Shown here: positions 30,396-40,363 of the stretch, in pieces
How positions within the stretch are numbered: the first letter of the stretch is position 1
Layout: every line of letters starts with the position of its first letter
Origin: a virus
Lineage: Duplodnaviria > Caudoviricetes
Reading direction: 5' to 3' (one strand)
DNA: 64,000 nt
Virus record (IMG/VR): IMGVR_UViG_3300042307_000844
Position numbers and translations under genes: made by a program
The notes under the pieces: generated by a model
Databases searched by the model: none
Told to the model about the DNA's origin: nothing
What the model saw: the letters and a program-made list of their open reading frames with translations, nothing else

Positions 30396-31067
30396 ATGGC
30401 ATTAAAACTAAAGCTGATGTACAATGATCCCACCAACTTCGATGGATTGGAAATTGTCGAAGAACAGACTAATCGTGGAAGTGGTAGTAATCTATATGTG
30501 CAGGGGGTTTACCTTGGTTCGGAGATTAATAAGAACGGGAGAATCTATCCAGAGCATGAGCTTGATCGTGAAATTAATCGGTATCTGAATGAGATGGTTG
30601 TAACTAAACGATCACTTGGGGAATTAAATCATTCCAATACCAGTGAGGTAAATCCAGAGCGTGCATGTCACCTTGTTACTGAACTCAGGAAAGATGGTAA
30701 GGCATGGGTTGGGAAATCAAAGATTCTCTCTGGAGAAGGCATGATATGTGGAAATATTGTTCGCGGACTCATCAATAATGGAGTTTCCCTCGGTATGAGT
30801 ACTAGATCGCTTGGATCGTTGCGTGAAGCGTCTGGTCATAAGGTTGTGGAAAACATGCATTTGGTTGCAATCGACTGTGTTGCCGATCCATCATATCCAA
30901 CAGCTTTTGTTGACGGTATTCTTGAAAGTAAAAGTTGGACTATTACCGAAAACGGTGATTACGAACAAATCTACGAGGACTTTGGCAAAGCTCTAAAAAC
31001 ACTTCCAAAACACGATGTTGATAATTATCTTCGCGCACAGATCATAAAGTTTATCCAACAAATCTAA
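30396..31067 (+). CDS. gp21: gp21 prohead protease
   Basis: NKNGRIYP, SLGELNH, RACHLV, GKSKIL, GMSTRSLGSL, DCVADPSYPTAFVDGILE. Confidence 0.95.
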   Translation: MALKLKLMYNDPTNFDGLEIVEEQTNRGSGSNLYVQGVYLGSEINKNGRIYPEHELDREINRYLNEMVVTKRSLGELNHSNTSEVNPERACHLVTELRKDGKAWVGKSKILSGEGMICGNIVRGLINNGVSLGMSTRSLGSLREASGHKVVENMHLVAIDCVADPSYPTAFVDGILESKSWTITENGDYEQIYEDFGKALKTLPKHDVDNYLRAQIIKFIQQI

Positions 31068-31075
31068 ATAATACT

Positions 31076-31612
31076 ATGGGCAAAACATATAAAGATTTGA
31101 AGAAACAGGGCAAGCACGTTTTCGATGGACCGGAAGTGAAACAGCGCAAGAATTTTGCCCCCGCAACCAAAACGGAAAAGCCGAAGAAGGGCAAAGGATC
31201 GTATAATCGCGGGAACGCTTTTGATGAGGATGAGGAATCCGGTGATGATAAGAGAACCAAACGTATTAAACAGGCTGAATCCATGGGTTACAAGAAATTA
31301 CCACAACATGATGCGGTTTGGACACATAAAGGTATGAAAATTTATGGAGTTAATAATCTCCCACCATTGAAAGATGAAAAAAATGATGAGGATGAGGAAA
31401 AAGCCTGTTGGAAAGGTTACGAAAAGAAAGGCACCAAGAAAAAGGGTGGAAAGACTGTCAACAATTGTGTGAAGGAATCAACCGATCTCTCCAAATTCAT
31501 TGAGGCTATCATGACCAATGATCATGCCCAAGCTCATAAACAACTCAAGGATGCTGTGAATTTCAAAATCCAACAGAGAATTGCTCAAGAAATCGACAAT
31601 CCTTTGTTCTGA
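31076..31612 (+). CDS. Prohead core-like protein (gp67-like C-terminus) with an N-terminal ArfA-like KKGKGSYxR motif
   Basis: Lies between gp21 and gp22; contains EKPKKGKGSYNR, CWKGYEKKGTKKKGGKTVNNCVKE and an amphipathic C-terminal helix. Confidence 0.6.
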   Translation: MGKTYKDLKKQGKHVFDGPEVKQRKNFAPATKTEKPKKGKGSYNRGNAFDEDEESGDDKRTKRIKQAESMGYKKLPQHDAVWTHKGMKIYGVNNLPPLKDEKNDEDEEKACWKGYEKKGTKKKGGKTVNNCVKESTDLSKFIEAIMTNDHAQAHKQLKDAVNFKIQQRIAQEIDNPLF

Positions 31613-31649
31613 TTTTCAAAAAATTCATACCCGATCTCTAAATAATAAT

Positions 31650-32537
31650 ATGAAGAAAAAAAGCACGAACCTTTTCTCGGAAGACATCCAAAAAAGTCTG
31701 GGACTCAGCGATGAATCCATCAAGGCAATTCAGGAATCCCTTGAATCCAAGATTGATCTGGCCGTTGAAGCTGCCCTTTTGGAACAGGATGAAGTATATG
31801 CCTCCAAACTCAAGACCCTGATGACATCCGTTGATAAGGATCGCACGGTCAAGATGAAAAAGATCATGGAAGCTTTTGATAGAGATAAGACCGCAAAGCT
31901 GGTCAAGGTTATCAAAAAGTATGAGCGCGAACAGAACGGCGATCTTCTCAAGTTCAAAAAACAACTTACGGAATCCGTTAGTGCTTTCCTTGACGAGTTC
32001 ATTGATGAATCCATTCCAACCAAAGATATCAAGGAAGCTGTCAAGAACAAGACAGCCATGAATGTTCTGGAAAATCTCAAAAAGGTCTTTGCAATCGATC
32101 TTGCTGTCATGAAGGAATCCGTATCTGGGGCAATCGTGGAAGGTAAGAGTGAAATCGACAAGCTCCGCAATAAGAATGCTGAACTTGAAAAGAACGTTCG
32201 CTTCCTCACCGAATCCAAGAACAAGTCGGAAGTCAAACTTTTCCTTGAAGGCAGAACTTCCAAGTATCCTGAAACCAAAAAGAATTTTGTGAAGAAGGCT
32301 TTGGGAGACAAGTCCCTGCAATTCATTCAGGATAACTTTGATTACACCGTTCGCCTCTTTGAAAAACAAGAGAAAAAGCAACTGGAAACCATCAAGGAAG
32401 AAGCTGTTCAAAACCGCAAGCACAAGCCCGATTTCGTAAAAGAACAAAAAATTGTTACTGAAAAGGTAAATAATAATACGGATGAAGAATCTGATCCTTA
32501 TCTGGATGTTTTGAAACAACAAACATTCCGTAGGTAA
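31650..32537 (+). CDS. gp22: gp22 major prohead scaffolding protein
   Basis: Directly upstream of gp23; coiled coil with many I/L-x-E-S sites; TAAATA-N5-ATG at 31639-31650. Confidence 0.85.
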   Translation: MKKKSTNLFSEDIQKSLGLSDESIKAIQESLESKIDLAVEAALLEQDEVYASKLKTLMTSVDKDRTVKMKKIMEAFDRDKTAKLVKVIKKYEREQNGDLLKFKKQLTESVSAFLDEFIDESIPTKDIKEAVKNKTAMNVLENLKKVFAIDLAVMKESVSGAIVEGKSEIDKLRNKNAELEKNVRFLTESKNKSEVKLFLEGRTSKYPETKKNFVKKALGDKSLQFIQDNFDYTVRLFEKQEKKQLETIKEEAVQNRKHKPDFVKEQKIVTEKVNNNTDEESDPYLDVLKQQTFRR

Positions 32538-32552
32538 AAAATTTCCAACCCG

Positions 32553-32583
32553 CACTATGAGGAAGCAATTCCTGAACAATGTG
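32553..32583 (+). promoter_or_regulatory. GNRA-capped hairpin (AGGAA-GCAA-TTCCT) in the gp23 leader
   Basis: 5-bp stem with a GCAA tetraloop at 32560-32573; possible lower stem cac(t)at/atgtg. Confidence 0.5.
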
Positions 32584-32600
32584 AATAGAAAGTCAAATAT

Positions 32601-34067
32601 ATGAATAATCTACCATCTACTGATATCCAAGGCTCCAAGATGCAACAAGCAGTTGCCAAGTGGCGTAAGGTTCTCGATTATAGCTCGGACTCGATCCCAG
32701 CTATTCGGAACGAACACGTTTACAAGACCACTGCAATGCTCCTTGAGAACCAAGAACAGTGGTGCTACCAAGAATCGAATACTGCTGCCTCCGGTGGTGT
32801 GTTCGGTGCAACGACTTCCATTGGCAACGGTATCGCTAACAGCGACTCCTATGCTACTGGTGATGCTCGTCTGCCAAAGATTCTGATTCCTATGATTCGA
32901 CGCACTTTCCCTGAATTGATTTCCAATGAGATCGTAGGCGTTCAGCCTATGGGTGGTCCTGTTGGTCTTGCTTTCGCTCTTCGTTACGCCTATCAAGGTG
33001 ATACTCTGAGCGATAGTAGCATCGACGGCAAGACCTCTGGAGGTGGAACTGGTTCTAGCTTCGGTAATCAGCTTAAAGCTGCTTACGATGGTAGTACTGG
33101 TCTTCCAGACACCGAACTTGGTTATCAACTTCTGGACACACGTTTCACTGGCACATCTGCTGGATTCCTTTCGGGTAACACCGAACACTGGACATTCGCA
33201 GATCAAGACCGTGGTATTGCTGAACTTTTGAGCAACTACGAATTGACGGGTAAAATCCCTCAAATCGAACTCAAGTTTGAAAAGACCGCTGTTGAGGCCG
33301 GAACACGTAGATTAGCTACCCGCTGGTCGGTTGAGTTGGAACAAGACATCAAAAACATGAACGGTATCGATATCGATGGAGAACTTACGAATGCAATGTC
33401 GTATGAAATCCAAGCCGAAATCGACCGCGAAGTTGTGATGCGTATGATCCAAACTGCCTTCAATGCTGGTGCTGGCGCAGGTTTCTCCATCTGGAGTCCT
33501 GTTAGTGCGGATGGACGTTGGACTGCTGAACGGAATCTTACCTTCTATCAACGCCTTATTATCGAAAGTGGTCGTATGGCTGCTCGTAACCGTAGAGGTG
33601 CCGCTAACTTTGTTATCGCCACTCCTCGTGTTTGCAGCATCCTCGAAATGCTTCCTGACTTTAAGGTTTACGAAATCAATGGCACAGTCTCGACTGCTGG
33701 TGTTGGTATCGCAAAAGTTGGTACTGTTGGTAGCCGCTGGACGGTTTATCGTGATACTCGGACTGAAGTTCAGAATTCCTCGCTCTATAGCCCTAACTAC
33801 TACTCTGGTCAAACCAGTGGTGTGGAATATGCGCTGTTGGGTTACAAGGGTTCTGAATACTATGATACTGGTCTGATATACTGTCCGTATATCCCGATCA
33901 TGGTGCAAAGAACGATTGGACCAAATGATTTCGCTCCTCGTGTGGGTCTTATGACTCGTTACGGGATTGTGAACAACATTTTTGGTGCATCGCTCTATTA
34001 CCACCTTATCATCGTAAAGGGTCTTGGTACTGCGTTTACACCGGGGTCGGTTTCAACCTACCTCTAA
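32601..34067 (+). CDS. gp23: gp23 major capsid protein
   Basis: TAMLLENQE, LIPMIRRTFPELISNEIVGVQPMGGPVGLAFALR, RRLATRWSVELEQDIKNMNGID, GLIYCPYIP, PRVGLMTRYG. Confidence 0.98.
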   Translation: MNNLPSTDIQGSKMQQAVAKWRKVLDYSSDSIPAIRNEHVYKTTAMLLENQEQWCYQESNTAASGGVFGATTSIGNGIANSDSYATGDARLPKILIPMIRRTFPELISNEIVGVQPMGGPVGLAFALRYAYQGDTLSDSSIDGKTSGGGTGSSFGNQLKAAYDGSTGLPDTELGYQLLDTRFTGTSAGFLSGNTEHWTFADQDRGIAELLSNYELTGKIPQIELKFEKTAVEAGTRRLATRWSVELEQDIKNMNGIDIDGELTNAMSYEIQAEIDREVVMRMIQTAFNAGAGAGFSIWSPVSADGRWTAERNLTFYQRLIIESGRMAARNRRGAANFVIATPRVCSILEMLPDFKVYEINGTVSTAGVGIAKVGTVGSRWTVYRDTRTEVQNSSLYSPNYYSGQTSGVEYALLGYKGSEYYDTGLIYCPYIPIMVQRTIGPNDFAPRVGLMTRYGIVNNIFGASLYYHLIIVKGLGTAFTPGSVSTYL

Positions 34068-34078
34068 GTCGTTAATAC

Positions 34079-34870
34079 TCAAGCAGTTACGCAAATCAAA
34101 TCTGAAACCCAAGGTGCCGAAGACCCTTGGGTTTCCTCGTTTTTATAGGTATCGAATGTTCTTATCTCTGAAATATATTTTATAACCGTCTTAACTGGAA
34201 ATGGGTGTTTTGTAAGTTTGGTTCTCTTCTTGAAGACATATTCGCCGTTTGTTCTGATGCGCGAGAATACATGATCTTCTGTTTTATATTCAGTTAGAAA
34301 ATCTCTGAGTGTTTTACTCTCAACGACAGACTTGCCATCGGGATATGATATCTCATACGTGACAATACCGAATCCATTATCTAGCATGAATTGTCTCTTT
34401 TTAATTTCCTTATCAGATTTACCCTCTTTAGATTTTCTTAAATCCATCGTAGCTTTCCTTTTCTTTAAGGATTCTTTCCATTTATCATAATGTTCGGGGT
34501 CTTTATATTTTTCTTTAAGACCACTGCTTATTTTAGAATACACTTCATCCAATTCATTTTCATCCATGTATTCAGTGTAATAACCCCCCCTACCACCCTT
34601 TTGAATATTGTAACAATTACTCTTACCGAATTTGTGGTGTAGCCTTCTGATTAACTTGATTTCCAATCTATTCAAGTCTTCTGGTGTAGTTATCTTTAAA
34701 TTAAACCACCTAGTTTCAAAATTTTCTTTTCCATATTTGACCATAGCTTGGCGCAATCTATAACCAGAACCCATATATCTAGTTTTTGGATACCAATAAT
34801 GTTTTCCCCCATAAACCTTGCCATTGATTTTGTTGATAGTGACGTATAATTTGAATTGTTTTCTGTTCAT
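34079..34870 (-). mobile_element. Seg-like GIY-YIG homing endonuclease
   Basis: KLYVTINKINGKVYGGKH, YMGSG, KYGKENF, LEIKLI, CYNIQKGG; TAAGTA-N5-ATG at 34881-34870. Confidence 0.85.
34104..34144 (+). terminator. Intrinsic terminator after gp23
   Basis: gaaacccaagg/ccttgggtttc 11-bp stem followed by a T-run. Confidence 0.85.
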
Positions 34871-34894
34871 GGTAATACTTAATACCGGAATCAA

Positions 34895-36349
34895 TTATTG
34901 CAATGATTTCCTCCACACAAATTTATAATTACCACAATCATATATCTTATAAAAACCATTCATCTTCATATTATCCCCTTCACTCAACGACTCATCAAAG
35001 ATTGGTAACTTATCTTCGAGCTTATGTTTCTGGAACTGATGGCGAGAATATCTAATACCTTCTCGCTTATTAAAATAATAATAATTCACCGCATCATTTT
35101 GAATCTCTTTCATACCAACACTACGGTATATATTACCAATTGAATATCGCTTATCTGCGTAAGATACTATGGAATTTGGATTATAAGTTCTGATGAAGTG
35201 TTTGAACAACTTCTGAAATCCACCGACTATCGAAGTGTTCAATACGTTGGCGAAACGAATAAGCTCCCATTCCACATTCTTATCGAATCTACTTTTACCA
35301 AATGTTAATATGGATACCAATTGGTTATTGTAATAGAGTCCTAGCGAAATTGAACAATTGGAATATCCTTGTAGATGGTTGTCGTTTAGAAAATGTCTTG
35401 TATTGAAATTGTCAACCATTCTTATTTCACATTTTCTAGCATGGATTTTATTGGGAACTTTCCCGAAATTATATCTAATAATGGATTTCCAAATCTCCTG
35501 TTTGTTCCGCCATTCATCCTCAAATATGTGAAACAGACGAATACCAGATTCCAGACACTTATTTGTCTTGTATAAATGATAATGTTTGTCCTTACCTTCT
35601 TCTTCTGAATGACAAAATAACCCGTTCATCTCAATTGCAATATTGTGTTTTGGGGATAGGACATCCAATTCTTTTTTATCTAAAATTTGTTTATCGTTTC
35701 TAATAATGTCGGTATCCAATTCAGACTCCACAAATTCTCTAAGTTCTTCTTCAATCTTAGATAGATTCTCAGCACATACTGGACATCTTGTTTTAGAGTG
35801 AAGAAGATTATCCGGTCTAACCAACCATTCTCCATGCAATTCACACACAGCTTTAATATGTGTTTTATTGTTTGTGTATTCCTGATTGGGAATTTGATAT
35901 GATGTTAATTCCCTGATCCTTTCAATCGTCAATCTTTTCTTTCCCGAACATTCGGAACAACCATATTGTCTTGCCAACAAGTGCTTGGGAGTGATTTGAA
36001 ATTCTCCGTGTTTGGGACATGCGATAATTCCTTTGGTGGTGTTGTTCTTATATATGAATTTAGAAAAATCATATTCCTGAAATTTCGAATATTTTTCTTT
36101 CAATTCTTCCATGAATTGTTCTTGGGTTCTTCGTTTGAATCCCCCTCTTGGGACACCCGCGCAATCAGGACAACCAGAACCTTGTAAATGATGTTGCTTG
36201 GAAGTTAGAAATTGACCATGATCTTTACAAATCACAATCCCTTTATCATTCTTTTTACCGGGATAAATAAACATCGAATAATCATATCTATCCCCATGCT
36301 TCTCCTTGAAAAGTTTGATCACTTCATCTGTTGAGTATTTTTTAGCCAT
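34895..36349 (-). mobile_element. Hef-like putative homing endonuclease (zinc-ribbon repeats, PD-(D/E)xK domain, C-terminal domain); paralog of the 28620 protein
   Basis: KHGDRYDYS, CPKHGEF repeats, ELDV...IAIEMNGLFCHS, FHIFEDEW, HARKC, FLNDNHLQG, WELIRFA, YADKRYS, IYDCG. Confidence 0.8.
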
Positions 36350-36432
36350 ACTATTACTTAACAGACTATCAGACCAAAAACAGATTTCAATAAAAATATT
36401 TGACAAATTTAAAAATTGTGTTAAATTAATAC

Positions 36433-36867
36433 ATGACAGTATCAGAAACCGCAATCCAAAAAGCTTACGAGTTGGCAGAAATAGACGCTTTTTACGTTGA
36501 ACGACCATATTCAAAAGAAACAGTTGAAAACCGTTTGAACTTGTTGGATTGGTTTAGGGGATGGTTTGATAAAAACGAAGAGGGTGATATTTATTGGGAT
36601 AGCGGACGAAATTGGCTGTGCGAAGAAATCGAGGCATATTATAATGATAAAATTTTTGATTTAAAATATTCAAATGTGGCGAAGACACCGTTGGTAGTTA
36701 AATGGATTAAAATTCTATCATTACCAAGATTCAATCTTCCACAATCCGCATATCATGAGGTTGCAGAAGATTTGGAAAAAATCGAGCTTGATAATATTGA
36801 AGCTGGAAAGGATACCGTGTCTTCCAAACTCATAGAATACTTTGAAAATAATTACCCAAATTACTAA
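36433..36867 (+). CDS. Early hypothetical protein
   Basis: TTGACA-N16-TAAATT promoter (36400-36427) lies 5 nt before the ATG. Confidence 0.7.
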   Translation: MTVSETAIQKAYELAEIDAFYVERPYSKETVENRLNLLDWFRGWFDKNEEGDIYWDSGRNWLCEEIEAYYNDKIFDLKYSNVAKTPLVVKWIKILSLPRFNLPQSAYHEVAEDLEKIELDNIEAGKDTVSSKLIEYFENNYPNY

Positions 36868-36875
36868 ATAATACT

Positions 36876-37328
36876 ATGAGCCTATACACGTTCCAAACCG
36901 TCCTCCTTTCCGCTGAAAAAACCGGAACCCCGAACCTTACGAACACTTCCCTATCTGCCACGGGTGTCACCTATCTCTCTGGGGCAGACGTTGTGGTTAC
37001 AAGTCGCCAAGTTGGAGTCGTATCCCTTTCCACCACCGATGTAGGACTCGCTTTCTCCCCCGTGAATTTTTCTGTGGGTAGCACCGTTCACACCGCATCA
37101 GCATTCTCCCTTGCAACCTTTCCAAACGTCACGGTGAATGTTCTGGGATCGGTGTTCAACATCCCGTCTTCCCTCCACCTCACCGATATGGCAGTTGTCA
37201 ACACCGACAATTCCTATTCGGTTTTCCCGTTCCTCAGTTCGGTTACTACCGTTCCCGTATCAGCGTTCTCTGAGACGTTCTCGGTGTCCACGGCTGATAC
37301 GCGCAGGAAAAGGTTGCTTGGATATTAA
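36876..37328 (+). CDS. Ser/Thr/Val-rich late protein, probably a virion (decoration) protein
   Basis: TAAATA-N5-ATG, own terminator, beta-rich composition, C-ending codon bias like gp22/gp23. Confidence 0.65.
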   Translation: MSLYTFQTVLLSAEKTGTPNLTNTSLSATGVTYLSGADVVVTSRQVGVVSLSTTDVGLAFSPVNFSVGSTVHTASAFSLATFPNVTVNVLGSVFNIPSSLHLTDMAVVNTDNSYSVFPFLSSVTTVPVSAFSETFSVSTADTRRKRLLGY

Positions 37329-37360
37329 AAAACGGACGGAAAGTGTCCGTTTTTGTATTT
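37327..37360 (+). terminator. Intrinsic (possibly bidirectional) terminator
   Basis: aaaaacggac-ggaaagt-gtccgttttt hairpin. Confidence 0.8.
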
Positions 37361-37369
37361 TTCAGCACC

Positions 37370-37397
37370 TTGACATCCTTTCTTGGAATGGTAAGAT
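37370..37397 (+). promoter_or_regulatory. Sigma70-type promoter TTGACA-N16-TAAGAT, 6 nt before the ATG
   Basis: Direct sequence match with an extended TG. Confidence 0.8.
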
Positions 37398-37403
37398 GCT
37401 CCC

Positions 37404-38174
37404 ATGAGTAATTGCTACGTGCATCCAATTGGTGGTTTGGGAAACCAGCTATTCATTATTGCTGCGGGATACGCCTATGCCAAAAAGCATGACAAGAATT
37501 TGATAATCGTTCCCGATAATTGGAATGCTGGTCAAGGTAATAGCGTCTTATCGTATAAAGATAATATCTTTCGCAATTTTGAATATGGTTCTCCACCAGT
37601 TACTAGAGATGTGATTTCTCTTCACGAGAAGAGATTCAATTACGATGAATTACCTTTTCATCATGGAAGTGTTTCTCTTCATGGATATTTCCAATCCCTC
37701 AAATATTTTGAGGAATTTAAGGATGAATTTATATCGTTATTGGACTTTGGGGATAGTAATTCAACTCCCAGTATTTATCCCATAATCAGAGTGGCGTTCC
37801 ATGTAAGAAGGGGGGATTATTTGATATATCCAAATATTCATTATGTCTGTAAGACAGAATATTTCGATTATTTCCTCAACATTTTTGCCCCCGAAATGGT
37901 AAAAGGAACCAAAATTTATATGTTCACGGATTCTCCTGAACACGTTACAAAAGAATTTAATATGTTCAATTACACTTTGATTGAAACCGATTCTGATGTG
38001 AAAGAGCTTGCCATGATGAGTAAATGTGATATTATAGTGGGAAGCAATTCCACGTTCTCTTGGTGGGCATCCTTAATTGGGGGAAAGACTTGTTACTTTC
38101 CATCCAAATGGTTTGCTGATGGTGGAGAACATGGAGACATTTACAGAGAGGATATGATACTACACGATGTTTAA
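37404..38174 (+). CDS. GT11 (alpha-1,2-fucosyltransferase)-like glycosyltransferase
   Basis: GGLGNQLF, GYFQS, FHVRRGDY, FTDSP, NSTFSWWA. Confidence 0.88.
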   Translation: MSNCYVHPIGGLGNQLFIIAAGYAYAKKHDKNLIIVPDNWNAGQGNSVLSYKDNIFRNFEYGSPPVTRDVISLHEKRFNYDELPFHHGSVSLHGYFQSLKYFEEFKDEFISLLDFGDSNSTPSIYPIIRVAFHVRRGDYLIYPNIHYVCKTEYFDYFLNIFAPEMVKGTKIYMFTDSPEHVTKEFNMFNYTLIETDSDVKELAMMSKCDIIVGSNSTFSWWASLIGGKTCYFPSKWFADGGEHGDIYREDMILHDV

Positions 38175-38442
38175 CACCATAAATCATATTATCTTTGATA
38201 AGAAAGGAGAGATGACCAACGAATTGTTGGAAGAGTTCTCCCCTTACATGGTGACACGTTATCTGAGTTTCTATGATGACGATCTGTTGAATTATGCCAA
38301 TGAGACGGTAAATAAGTATAGTCAGATTTTTGAGACTGATGAAGAACAATTTCGTTTCTTTCAGAACTTGATACCCAAGTTGAAACGGAAAAGAATTAAT
38401 TATATTTCTAAAAAACGCTTGCCTTCCAAAAAAGATGAATAA
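38167..38442 (+). CDS. gp62: gp62-like clamp loader small subunit
   Basis: FSPYMVTRYLSF...ANETVN...QFRFFQNLIPKLKRKR matches the gp62 pattern. Confidence 0.65.
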   Translation: MFNTINHIIFDKKGEMTNELLEEFSPYMVTRYLSFYDDDLLNYANETVNKYSQIFETDEEQFRFFQNLIPKLKRKRINYISKKRLPSKKDE

Positions 38443-38450
38443 ATATTCTC

Positions 38451-38876
38451 ATGACAGTAAGCATTGATAAGTTAGCACCCCAAAAATCCCACATTGATCT
38501 AAATGATCCCAACCTTCCCACAGACTTCGGTATGGATGATTATATCCTCTCCCGCCTGATGGATGATGTGATGCTTGTGGAATATTGTGACATTGCCCAA
38601 GGAACTGAACAATCGGGCGATTTTGTCCAGCGTGGTAGTCTTCTGATTCCAATTGCAAATGTGGATAAGATGTGGCGCAAGGGAAAAGTGATTTTAAAAG
38701 GACCGAATGTTCTCTTCACGGAAGTTGGAGAGATTGTGGTGTTTCCCAGCGGAATGGGAAGTGGTGTGAGTAATCTGGAAGTTAAAGGCTACGGAAAAGT
38801 GAAGAACGGACTGTTCTTGAATGAGCAACGCATGTTTGGCGTTTGTGAGATAAATGAGACTAATAAAACGGACTGA
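38451..38876 (+). CDS. GroES/gp31-like co-chaperonin
   Basis: LMDDVMLVE, GSLLIP, GKVILKGP, VGEIVVF, FLNEQRMFGV; late promoter. Confidence 0.75.
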   Translation: MTVSIDKLAPQKSHIDLNDPNLPTDFGMDDYILSRLMDDVMLVEYCDIAQGTEQSGDFVQRGSLLIPIANVDKMWRKGKVILKGPNVLFTEVGEIVVFPSGMGSGVSNLEVKGYGKVKNGLFLNEQRMFGVCEINETNKTD

Positions 38877-39267
38877 GTTACAGCGTTTGCTGAAAAGCAA
38901 TATCTGTGATCTGATGATCGTCCGTAGAAGACCGGAACGCGCCCCCGGAAGACCGGAGATTCGCCAGATGCTATGCACCAATAGCAACGAGATTCTACGA
39001 TCCGAAAACGGATTGAGAACCCTCCAGTATCAAGGTTCTCTGGAACCCAAGAAAATCAACGAACGTAAACATAATATCGTGGTAGCATGGGATATTTTCA
39101 TGCAATCATATAGAAATATATCAATGGATATGTGCTACCTCGTTCAACAAATGCCAGCAGATGATACGTTCTGGCCGTTCTTTAATGAAAAAATATTTCC
39201 CATGAGTCCCAACGAAAAGATGCGATACATGGATATTGAATTGAACCTTGACCCCTTTCCAAAATGA
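38854..39267 (+). CDS. Hypothetical protein, DUF2693/WYL_2-like
   Basis: L..LLKSNIC...RQMLCT...VAWDI pattern. Confidence 0.5.
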   Translation: MRLIKRTELQRLLKSNICDLMIVRRRPERAPGRPEIRQMLCTNSNEILRSENGLRTLQYQGSLEPKKINERKHNIVVAWDIFMQSYRNISMDMCYLVQQMPADDTFWPFFNEKIFPMSPNEKMRYMDIELNLDPFPK

Positions 39268-39593
39268 TTAAAATTGAAGAACATCTTAAACAATTGATTT
39301 TCCGTGAAGTGAAATTTGTGTTAAACTCCCGAACCATCAGGGAGGGTAAAATACAAATGTTCAACACCAAGCAGAATTTCGTAAAATTCAAAATCGAAGA
39401 AGGAGGGGAAGTCAAGGAATGGGAAATCTCCTATCCTTATGACATCAAGCTCACGGAGGGGGGATTTATTTTCGATTATGCCCTGAGTGCGTTTTGTCCC
39501 CGAACGGAAGAGGTGTATTGGAAAATGCGGATGCTGAACAAATCGGAAGCTTCAAAATTCTTCGATAATCATCTCTACGTGATCACGGGTTGA
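39264..39593 (+). CDS. Hypothetical protein
   Basis: Operonic ORF. Confidence 0.6.
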   Translation: MIKIEEHLKQLIFREVKFVLNSRTIREGKIQMFNTKQNFVKFKIEEGGEVKEWEISYPYDIKLTEGGFIFDYALSAFCPRTEEVYWKMRMLNKSEASKFFDNHLYVITG

Positions 39594-39617
39594 CATTCGT
39601 TGTTGGTGGGGTATCAT
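39590..39617 (+). promoter_or_regulatory. Sigma70-type promoter TTGACA-N16-TATCAT, 6 nt before ATG 39624
   Basis: Direct sequence match. Confidence 0.8.
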
Positions 39618-39623
39618 ACCCAT

Positions 39624-40172
39624 ATGAAACAGAGGGATATAGAAAATATCCAAAGGATTTTGATGAATGAAAGTCCTTGGAATTATGGGGTAATGGACGA
39701 TGATTTTGAAGAACACATGTCCAATTTTTCCGTTGAAAAGGTTCAACAAATGAAATTTGTAACTGAGTGGAATACCATGAATGTTTACTATCAGACTGAA
39801 TTTGAATATGGGGAATATTACATTTTAAAAAATAATGAATTGGTCGCTTTTTATAGGTTTGATCCAAAGTCTAATTACATCCAAACGGAAATAACTTGGA
39901 ATAAGCGAGGAAACAAAGGAGTTCTTAGAAAATTTTTGGCTGAATATATTATTCCTAAATATGGGATGGTTGAAAGTGGTAACAAATTATCAACGAACGC
40001 ATTTAGTATGTGGGAGAATATGTATGTGGAGTATCCACAGTATGATTATCTAGTGAAATATAAAAACGGAGAAACAAAAACAATAACACACCACACACAA
40101 TTCGTGTTGTATAGCAGTTCATCTTTTAATGATGACCTTGCTTTCACAACATTTATAGTAAAAGAAAAATGA
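39624..40172 (+). CDS. Hypothetical protein, possibly GNAT-like fold
   Basis: RGNKG...L...I...VESGNKLSTNAFSMWE resembles phage GNAT-like domains (weak). Confidence 0.5.
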   Translation: MKQRDIENIQRILMNESPWNYGVMDDDFEEHMSNFSVEKVQQMKFVTEWNTMNVYYQTEFEYGEYYILKNNELVAFYRFDPKSNYIQTEITWNKRGNKGVLRKFLAEYIIPKYGMVESGNKLSTNAFSMWENMYVEYPQYDYLVKYKNGETKTITHHTQFVLYSSSSFNDDLAFTTFIVKEK

Positions 40173-40363
40173 ATATGATAGCAATAGAATATCCAGATAA
40201 ACCGACTGAAAAATACAGGGGTGGTGAAATATTCCAATACAGGGAATTCAATGGAATATACCAAGTCCATTCCAAGGGACGACAACATTGGGCATTGTGT
40301 GATACTCAATCCATGGCTAAAGTGGTGTGTGATGCATTGGAAGAATTTTATAAAAACAAATGA
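40169..40363 (+). CDS. Hypothetical protein
   Basis: Operonic ORF. Confidence 0.55.
   Translation: MNMIAIEYPDKPTEKYRGGEIFQYREFNGIYQVHSKGRQHWALCDTQSMAKVVCDALEEFYKNK

Noticed and set aside
31638-34004. Long antisense ORFs over gp22 and gp23 (31638-32579, 31730-32326, 32610-33263, 33312-34004)
   Set aside because: They are shadows produced by the strong codon bias of highly expressed genes; they have no motifs or promoters and fully overlap confident genes.
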